Positions 18,837 to 25,160 of a stretch of 64,000 nucleotides of DNA are shown here, piece by piece. Each line of letters begins with the position of its first letter. Positions within the stretch are counted from its first letter, which is position 1. Position numbers and translations under genes: made by a program. Below the pieces are notes generated by a model. It did not search any database. It was given only the letters and a program-made list of their open reading frames with translations, and was not told where the DNA came from. This stretch comes from Bacteroidota bacterium. Its GTDB lineage: Bacteria > Bacteroidota > Bacteroidia > Bacteroidales > UBA10428. The stretch is from assembly GCA_016699695.1 (NCBI GenBank), contig CP065006.1, positions 3,229,435 to 3,293,434 on the forward strand, written 5' to 3'.

Positions 18837-19187
18837 TGTACTTCCATAAAAATAATAAATTGATTTACTTATAATTAAATATAGAAAAACTTTGTTTTTA
18901 TGTCAAGGTGCTGAACAAAAAAAAGAGGATTATTTCACTATTTAACACTTTTTTAGTAAACCAATAGTATACAAGTAAGTGAAACCTGCATTCAGAAGGA
19001 CTTTGAAGACTTTTTTAATATATAGAGGAATAGAGTTAGATGAGTTTTGCATAGAAGCATGAAACCCTATCGATAGATTAACGGATTAGAAAGCAAAAGG
19101 AGTTCTTAGAGTAAAATGCCTATATTTACAAAAACCTTTTTCCTTAACAACTGCCTTGCAAGTCAGATGGCATCTCATTTATAACGA

Positions 19188-19760
19188 TTGGTGGAAAGTA
19201 AAAAGCACGAACTGCTGCTGCGAGGGATAAAAAACCGCGATACACAAACTCTTAAGGCAGTGTACAAAGAGTTTTACCCTAAAGTTGCCGGTTTTATTGC
19301 CGGTAAAGGTGGGAGTGCAGACGATGCTAAAGATATCTTTCAGGAATCGCTCATGGTAATTTACAAACTTAGCTTAACAGATCAATTTACCATTGAAACC
19401 GATTTTGGAAGTTACCTGATAGGCATAGCCAAACGAATATATTTCAAACAATTACGACAAAAAGAAATTCATCATCGCTTTGTGGATGGATCGGAGAAAA
19501 CTTTTTCTGAGGATCATCCGTCTGATGTGGAAATTGAGAATGAGATTGAGCAGCATTTAATGCGTAAGTACCTTTTAGAGTTGGGCGAAATTTGTCGAAA
19601 AATACTGCTTTGGTCAGCCAGTGGAGTAAATAATGATGAAATTGCTGAGAAATTAGGGTATAAGAGCGAAAAAATTGTGCGTACAAAAAAACACAAATGC
19701 AAGAGCAGTTTAATTTCCTTAATTAAAGCCGATCCTTATTTTAAGGGTAAAAAGAGTTAA
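19188..19760 (+). CDS. ECF-type RNA polymerase sigma-70 family factor
   Basis: 190-aa ORF with region 2 (TLKAVYKEFYPKVAGFI...DAKDIFQESLMVIY...SYLIGIAKRIYFKQLR) and a region 4 HTH (CRKILLWSASGVNNDEIAEKLGYKSEKIVRTKKHKC). Only TTG (19188) or GTG (19191) start codons are available. Confidence 0.8.
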   Translation: MVESKKHELLLRGIKNRDTQTLKAVYKEFYPKVAGFIAGKGGSADDAKDIFQESLMVIYKLSLTDQFTIETDFGSYLIGIAKRIYFKQLRQKEIHHRFVDGSEKTFSEDHPSDVEIENEIEQHLMRKYLLELGEICRKILLWSASGVNNDEIAEKLGYKSEKIVRTKKHKCKSSLISLIKADPYFKGKKS

Positions 19761-19773
19761 TAGAGTCTTCTCT

Positions 19774-22548
19774 TTAATTTCTTTTTATCTTGAAGAATAA
19801 AAATCCTGCAAAAAGTATCATCGTAATGCCTCCGAAAATCCACCATGGTGACCGATAAACCGGATCTGCATTACCGATTAAGATGTAAGAAGACCAAAAA
19901 AATGGATGCTTGTATTGCTCCTGAGCGCTTTTTAGAAAATTGAGCTTTGCAAGACGCAAAGCCTCTGATTTGGATTTGCTTTTTAAAAGGTTTTTATAAA
20001 AATAATGCATCAAAGTTTTTCCCGATTCATCTTCTACTCTCCACAAGGTTATAACCAGACTTGGGCATCCGGCATAAAAAAATCCACGCGACAGACTCAT
20101 CACTCCTTCACCATTTTTAAGCTCTCCATGCCCCGAATTGCATGCGCTTAATACGGTGAGCTGTGCTTGCAGTTTTAATGAAAAAAGTTCGTTAGTATTC
20201 AAAAATCCATTGTCGTTGGTCAAGTTATTGTCTGCAAAAACCAATTTCGAAAACAATGGGTTTTTATCGTCGATAAGAGTGTGCATGGCCAAATGCAGAA
20301 TATCATAATTATTGGCAATCTCCAGGAAATTTTCTTTGGTTGCATCTTTTCCTAATGAACTGTTACCTCGTGTAAGTTTGCATACCATCAAAGCCTCTTC
20401 GAGGGCAAACGGCAATGGGAGCAGGTAATTTCGATAGTTTCTCACCTTATATTCATCGGTATTTTTTGCTTGCTGGCTAATTCTGGCAGAATAATCGGGC
20501 GCAACAGACAGGGTCTTATTCCATAATTTCTTACCTCCTCTGCCTAGCATTTCGGAATAAATCGAGGATGAATAGGCATAAGATATGGTATAATTGTAAA
20601 CCAGATAATTGAGGTTGTTAAAAGATTTGATGGGTAAGGCACTAGGTTTATCGACAAGCGCTTCAAAAGGAATATAGGAGATAAGTCCATCCGGAATTAT
20701 TACCAGGTTTTTTTTCAGCTTATCTTGATTCACTTTACTTAAAAGCTGTTGATATAGAAAAAACGCTCTTTTGTAGTACAAGCTATAAGTTGAATGGTTT
20801 TGACCTGAAAAATCAAAATTTTTAAACTCGTTGATATAGTTTCTAAGGCTGTCTTTTAGTGCATTGTTTAACTGGGTGCGATAAAAATATACCTCTTTTC
20901 GATTAATCACAAAGAGAAACAAACTCGTGTCGCTCAGGCTATATTCAAGCAAGGTTGTATTCCTATCGAGAGACGATTGCAGCGAGGGAATTGTAGAAAG
21001 ATTGGTTTTGTATTTTAGTGAGTAATATTCCGGAAAGTCTGAATCGAGTGTGTTTTTGAGCAATTCATATTGTCTGCTGAAGTTAAAGAGGTAGCTTTTC
21101 CACACATCAAGTTTAACCTGATCAGGCTTTAATTGTATGCTTTCTTCATATACTTTCTCGTTGTAAAATGCGATTTCACGTTTCAACCTGCTTTCTTTTT
21201 CTATTAGTGAATCGGGTATTCCTGCAAATTTTTTGGCTTTTTCTTCGCTCAATACTCCCAACAGCACCGAAGATTTACTTTGTTCAGCAAAATAGAATGC
21301 CTCTTCGAGGTATTGATATTGCCCGGTTACTGAGTATAATCTTTCAGCACAATCGAGACCCTTACTGTATACTTGACTTTCTTTGTCAGACAGGTATAGC
21401 TTGCTTTCTACCGATAAATACCCCTGCCTGATTTGGTGAATGACAAGCGCCAGCTCATGAAGGTTTTTGAGTGCAAATTCGAGGTATAAAAAATTCTTTT
21501 TCTGGGCGTACCAGGCAATATAGGTATCAGATAAAGTATTCAGTAAGCTTATTGTGTGAAGCAATGATCGATGCTGAATTTTAAGGGTATCGTTACCATT
21601 TTGATCCTGCAGGTATTTAAGTGCCATTTGATAATATGAAACTGCTTTTTCAAAATCATTCCTCACTTTCCAATAATTGCCATTAAGAACCATTATATCG
21701 AAGTAATACTTTGAATCGATGGACGATTGAATGTAAATAGATTCCGCTGACCTGATCGCTTTAAGAGCCAGTTCAGGCTGGTTAGTGCTCAAGTAATACT
21801 CAGCTAAGTGCTTGTATGAATCGCAATGTAGCTGAGGAGAATGATAATTGTGTTTATCGAATAATAAGAGACTTTGTTGGATAAAAAAGAAACTGCTATC
21901 TGCCATTTTTCGATTTTTAAAGCTTATTGCGGCCGTAATGTAGATATCATGCAGGGTTATGTACTGCTGAAGGTTGTGTCGCGAGAATTCACTAATGGCC
22001 AGGTTACTGAGCCGGGAGGCTTCTGAGTAATTCTTCCGGCTGTTTTCGAGCAATGCAAAGCGATTCAAGGTTTCTATTTTACGAAGGATGGCTTCTGTGG
22101 AATTCAAATTACCAAGTAGCTTCAAAGCCTCATCAAAGTATTCCACAGCCAGCGTAAAGTCACCCTTATGGCGGTATGCATTTCCCATGTTCGAATAAAG
22201 GTTAGCCATAGATAAGGCCGGGGCATCATTTAACATATAAATTTTCCTGGCACGGTTGAAATAATCTAATCCATTGTCGAAATGCCATTGATTTATGCAT
22301 AAAACGCCAAGGTTATTTAAATCGTGGGCAATATTTAAATGATTGGGTGGATAGAGTTGGAGCGATAATTCTAGTGTTTGCTTCAGAAGTGCTTCCGCTG
22401 TTATAAAATCGCCCGTGATAAATGCTTCCACACCTCTGTTGTTAAGAGTTTTGTTAGAATCTTCCAACGCACTAACTGGATTATCAGCTGGCTGACTTTT
22501 TAAACACTCGGCTGCAAAAAGTATCAAAATGATTAAGTGCAATTTCAT
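19774..22548 (-). CDS. exported TPR-repeat CHAT-domain (caspase-like) protease with a C-terminal membrane anchor
   Basis: 924-aa ORF with a signal peptide MKLHLIILILFAAECLKS. About 400 aa are TPR-like repeats (for example NLYSNMGNAYRHKGDFTLAVEYFDEALKL). The C-terminal CHAT domain carries His (ILHLAMHT) and Cys (LTVLSACNSGHG) dyad motifs. A terminal hydrophobic helix WWIFGGITMILFAGFLFF is followed by KIKRN. Confidence 0.85.
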   Translation of the reverse strand: MKLHLIILILFAAECLKSQPADNPVSALEDSNKTLNNRGVEAFITGDFITAEALLKQTLELSLQLYPPNHLNIAHDLNNLGVLCINQWHFDNGLDYFNRARKIYMLNDAPALSMANLYSNMGNAYRHKGDFTLAVEYFDEALKLLGNLNSTEAILRKIETLNRFALLENSRKNYSEASRLSNLAISEFSRHNLQQYITLHDIYITAAISFKNRKMADSSFFFIQQSLLLFDKHNYHSPQLHCDSYKHLAEYYLSTNQPELALKAIRSAESIYIQSSIDSKYYFDIMVLNGNYWKVRNDFEKAVSYYQMALKYLQDQNGNDTLKIQHRSLLHTISLLNTLSDTYIAWYAQKKNFLYLEFALKNLHELALVIHQIRQGYLSVESKLYLSDKESQVYSKGLDCAERLYSVTGQYQYLEEAFYFAEQSKSSVLLGVLSEEKAKKFAGIPDSLIEKESRLKREIAFYNEKVYEESIQLKPDQVKLDVWKSYLFNFSRQYELLKNTLDSDFPEYYSLKYKTNLSTIPSLQSSLDRNTTLLEYSLSDTSLFLFVINRKEVYFYRTQLNNALKDSLRNYINEFKNFDFSGQNHSTYSLYYKRAFFLYQQLLSKVNQDKLKKNLVIIPDGLISYIPFEALVDKPSALPIKSFNNLNYLVYNYTISYAYSSSIYSEMLGRGGKKLWNKTLSVAPDYSARISQQAKNTDEYKVRNYRNYLLPLPFALEEALMVCKLTRGNSSLGKDATKENFLEIANNYDILHLAMHTLIDDKNPLFSKLVFADNNLTNDNGFLNTNELFSLKLQAQLTVLSACNSGHGELKNGEGVMSLSRGFFYAGCPSLVITLWRVEDESGKTLMHYFYKNLLKSKSKSEALRLAKLNFLKSAQEQYKHPFFWSSYILIGNADPVYRSPWWIFGGITMILFAGFLFFKIKRN

Positions 22549-22742
22549 TCTGAAGAAATGAATAGGTAGATGAATAACATGAAAGTACTAAAATTTATTC
22601 AATTTAATATTCTAATAATCAACAAATTAATAAATAGGTGTTGTTTTTTTTTATTTTTTTCATTAGAAACCGGTGACATTTTAGTGTCCAGTGGTACTTA
22701 ATAGTAAAACAATGAATTATTATTCACTTATACATAAAAGCA

Positions 22743-22877
22743 ATGAAACTTTTTAACAAATCTTCAGAAAGAAAAAGCAGCGATTTTAATCTGGCTCAAA
22801 AGCAAGTATTAAGTGTAAAAGAATTAATGACTATACGCGGTGGCGATGAGCACGGTGGTATGATCATAAGAAAATAA
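22743..22877 (+). CDS. 44-aa peptide precursor with a double-glycine (bacteriocin/pheromone-type) leader
   Basis: Hand translation gives MKLFNKSSERKSSDFNLAQKQVLSVKELMTIRGG-DEHGGMIIRK, with stop TAA at 22875..22877. Residues LSVKELMTIRGG match the GG-leader consensus LSxxELxxIxGG at every position. It is too short for the supplied ORF track. Confidence 0.6.
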   Translation: MKLFNKSSERKSSDFNLAQKQVLSVKELMTIRGGDEHGGMIIRK

Positions 22878-22894
22878 TATCCAAATAGGCATTC

Positions 22895-22980
22895 AAATAT
22901 CCCAAAGCGGGTTTAATTTAACCTGGTTTTAACGGCACTCATTCCCTTAGAATATAATGTACCCCGCTTTGGTGATATTT
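22895..22980 (+). repeat. structured element A: 17-bp stem enclosing the conserved 18-mer TGGTTTTAACGGCACTCA
   Basis: The left arm aaatatcccaaagcggg (22895..22911) pairs with the right arm cccgctttgg(t)gatattt (about 22963..22980) with one bulge. The loop carries the 18-mer at 22924..22941. It starts 18 nt after the peptide stop codon. Confidence 0.55.
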
Positions 22981-23126
22981 GGAAAAATGGTCCAACTTTT
23001 TTTTGAGAAAGTTTGACTTAAAAAGTGGGATCAAATAACTTGGGAAACCAATTTGGCGGTTGTAAGCATTAAAGTTTAATACGTAATAGTTAGTAAAAAA
23101 ATGGAAAAATAAATTCCAACCTTCCC

Positions 23127-23195
23127 GGGCGGGACAAAGCTCTTTTGGTTTTGACGGCACTCAATATACCTCTCTTATCTTCTTTTGTTCCGCCC
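23127..23195 (+). repeat. structured element B: 13-bp stem enclosing the conserved 18-mer TGGTTTTGACGGCACTCA
   Basis: The left arm gggcgggacaaag (23127..23139) pairs with the right arm cttttgttccgccc (23182..23195), including two G-T wobbles that work only on the plus strand. The 18-mer at 23146..23163 differs from copy A at one base. In both copies the spacer from the 18-mer to the right arm is 20-21 nt (21 nt in A, 20 nt in B). Confidence 0.55.
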
Positions 23196-23378
23196 ACTTT
23201 TTTATACTTCTGAATATAGCATACAGATATAAAAGATACATAGATATTATTGTCTACTGAAACCTTAACCTTCTATTCTTTTACTGGTAACCCCAGGTAA
23301 TACGTGGATATATTTCTTTATTTTGCTCCCGAAAAATTTTTATGGGGTGCATTGGTGAATAACTGAACCCAAATTATT

Positions 23379-24140
23379 ATGGCTAAAGAACTGGATTACA
23401 CTCAATTTATTGAGCGATACCTGCAACAAGAAATGAGCCCAGCTGAAAAAGTATGGTTTGAAAAGGAATTGCAGGGAAACTCATTGTTACAGGATGAATT
23501 GCTCTTTTACCGAAAGGTAAACCAGGTGCTTGCTGAAAAAGAACTGGTCGATTTTAAGTTGCAGCTGGATGCAATTCACAGAGAAATTATACAAACTTCA
23601 GTTGGAGGTCAGCACTATATCAGACAATACAGAAAAAAGATTAACCTGCTGGCCGGAAGTGTGATGGCAGCTTCTGTCGTATTGAGTTTATATTTTCCAA
23701 ACCGTAAGATATCCGATCAGAATCTTTACAATCGCTATTTTGAACCAGCTTCCTTTTCAGTAAGTTACCGCGATGCCAGCGAGCAAGACAGAATGCTGAA
23801 GGAGGCTATGCAGTTGTACGAAAGTAAGCAGTATTCAGAAGCAATCAGTCATTTCGAAAAAATCATGATCATTGAACCTAACAAATATGGGATAAATCTT
23901 TATGCTGGGATAGCCCATATGGAATTGGCACAATACCCCCAGGCTATTCTTCGGTTCAACACGATTTTAACTCAGGATTATGGCCCATTTTCCGAATCGG
24001 CTAGCTGGTATTTGGGGCTTTGTTATTTGTATTCCAACGAGAAAACAAAGGCAAAAAATCTGTTCGAAGGTTTGATGCAATCCGACGGATATTACAAGCG
24101 CGATGCCCACCGTATACTTAAGCATATGAAAGGTAAATAG
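23379..24140 (+). CDS. single-pass membrane TPR protein, anti-sigma-factor-like
   Basis: 253-aa ORF with a soluble helical N-domain (YTQFIERYLQQEMSPAEKVWFEKELQGNSLLQDELLFYRKV) and one TM segment (LLAGSVMAASVVLSLYF). The C-terminus has TPRs (EAMQLYESKQYSEAISHFEKIM; YAGIAHMELAQYPQAILRFNTIL; WYLGLCYLYSNEKTKAKNLFEGL). There is no zf-HC2 motif, so the anti-sigma role is inferred from architecture and context. Confidence 0.6.
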   Translation: MAKELDYTQFIERYLQQEMSPAEKVWFEKELQGNSLLQDELLFYRKVNQVLAEKELVDFKLQLDAIHREIIQTSVGGQHYIRQYRKKINLLAGSVMAASVVLSLYFPNRKISDQNLYNRYFEPASFSVSYRDASEQDRMLKEAMQLYESKQYSEAISHFEKIMIIEPNKYGINLYAGIAHMELAQYPQAILRFNTILTQDYGPFSESASWYLGLCYLYSNEKTKAKNLFEGLMQSDGYYKRDAHRILKHMKGK

Positions 24141-24230
24141 TTTGATTGGAATTAGCCTTATACCAGATATTTATTAACGGGACAAATGTCTATTGCTTTA
24201 AATTGAAACAATTCTCAAAAATGATGTGAG

Positions 24231-25148
24231 ATGAACCCTATAAGGATGATCCAGGAATGGATCAAGGCATTTATGCCAAAACATCGGATTATAAGCGATT
24301 ACAATCAAATGGTAAGCCGGTTAAAACAACTTGAAATGCAAGTTGCACAAAGTTCACAGCAATTGGAGCTGGCAAAGGCAAGCTTCCTGAAAAACATCTA
24401 CCATGAAATTCGCACGCCCCTTAATTCCATAATAGGGTTTACAAATCTGCTTGATAATAAACACCTACTTGCTCCTGAAGAAAGAGAAGAATATACTAAC
24501 CTTATCAATGTAAATAGCCGTAAGTTTTTAAGCCTACTTGACGACATTATTCAAGCATCTCTGCTTGAAGCCGGTATGATAAAGATTAAGCCCGAACCTG
24601 TTTGTTTGGGCGAATTCTTTGATGAAAACCATAGTTTTTATTCTATCCGCCGACATACCCAGGAAAAGAATGCCATTGCACTTTTGCTAACGGTAGAAGA
24701 AGACATAAAGCAAAAAAGCTTTGTTTTTGACCGTTACCGAATAGCACAAGTGCTTACTCAATTAGTCGATAATGCGCTGAAGTATACTGATAAAGGAGTG
24801 GTGGAATATGGTTGCACAATTCAGAATGAACGTCTGGAGTTCTTCGTGAAAGACAATGCAATACCTATACTAATGCCTCAAAAGAGATTGCTGTTTAAAA
24901 AGTTCTCGAAATTAGAGGTATCAAAAACAAATGATGGCGGCTTAGGTTTAGGTTTGTCTATTTGCAAAGATTTGCTCCAATTAATGGAAGGAGATATTCT
25001 TGTAGAATCAAATCATGGACATGGAAACACCTTTATTTTTTCTATACCTGCCATTATCTCGAAGGATGAGAACAATTTGATAACTGAGCCAATAAAAGAA
25101 TCACGCATACATTTTTTTCAAAGAGCAACTACATATCGGGCTGTGTAA
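24231..25148 (+). CDS. cytoplasmic histidine kinase lacking a sensor domain (degenerate G1 box)
   Basis: 305-aa ORF with an N-terminal coiled coil, H-box FLKNIYHEIRTPLNSIIGF, N-box LVDNALKYT and G2 GGLGLGLSICK. Where DxGxG is expected the sequence reads VKDNAIPI. Confidence 0.75.
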   Translation: MNPIRMIQEWIKAFMPKHRIISDYNQMVSRLKQLEMQVAQSSQQLELAKASFLKNIYHEIRTPLNSIIGFTNLLDNKHLLAPEEREEYTNLINVNSRKFLSLLDDIIQASLLEAGMIKIKPEPVCLGEFFDENHSFYSIRRHTQEKNAIALLLTVEEDIKQKSFVFDRYRIAQVLTQLVDNALKYTDKGVVEYGCTIQNERLEFFVKDNAIPILMPQKRLLFKKFSKLEVSKTNDGGLGLGLSICKDLLQLMEGDILVESNHGHGNTFIFSIPAIISKDENNLITEPIKESRIHFFQRATTYRAV

Positions 25149-25160
25149 TTTGTATAATAA

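Noticed and set aside
19116-19184. A 22-codon upstream ORF (MPIFTKTFFLNNCLASQMASHL) ending 3 nt before the TTG start of the ECF sigma gene.
   Set aside because: It could be a regulatory uORF, but there is no supporting feature and a near-consensus promoter box (TATATTTA) lies inside it. It cannot be distinguished from chance.
18837-19187. A possible TPP riboswitch upstream of the operon containing the YkoF-like thiamine-binding gene.
   Set aside because: I found no CUGAGA or pyrimidine-sensor helix consensus on the minus strand of this region.
22579-22701. A 40-aa plus-strand ORF (MKVLKFIQFNILIINKLINRCCFFLFFSLETGDILVSSGT) just upstream of the GG-leader peptide gene.
   Set aside because: It lies in an extremely AT-rich promoter region and includes T-runs translated as poly-Phe. 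It has no leader-like motif. This is what random AT-rich sequence produces.
22939-23160. A 73-aa minus-strand ORF in the peptide/anti-sigma intergenic region. It starts at a GTG inside one copy of the conserved 18-mer and stops at the TGA inside the other copy.
   Set aside because: It depends on a GTG start and has aromatic-rich, low-information sequence (FFHFFTNYYVLNFNAY) with no signal, TM or motif. It is antisense to the strand favoured by the G-T wobble pairs of the hairpins. The in-frame spacing of the repeats (222 nt) has a 1-in-3 chance expectation. I treat it as a by-product of the repeats.
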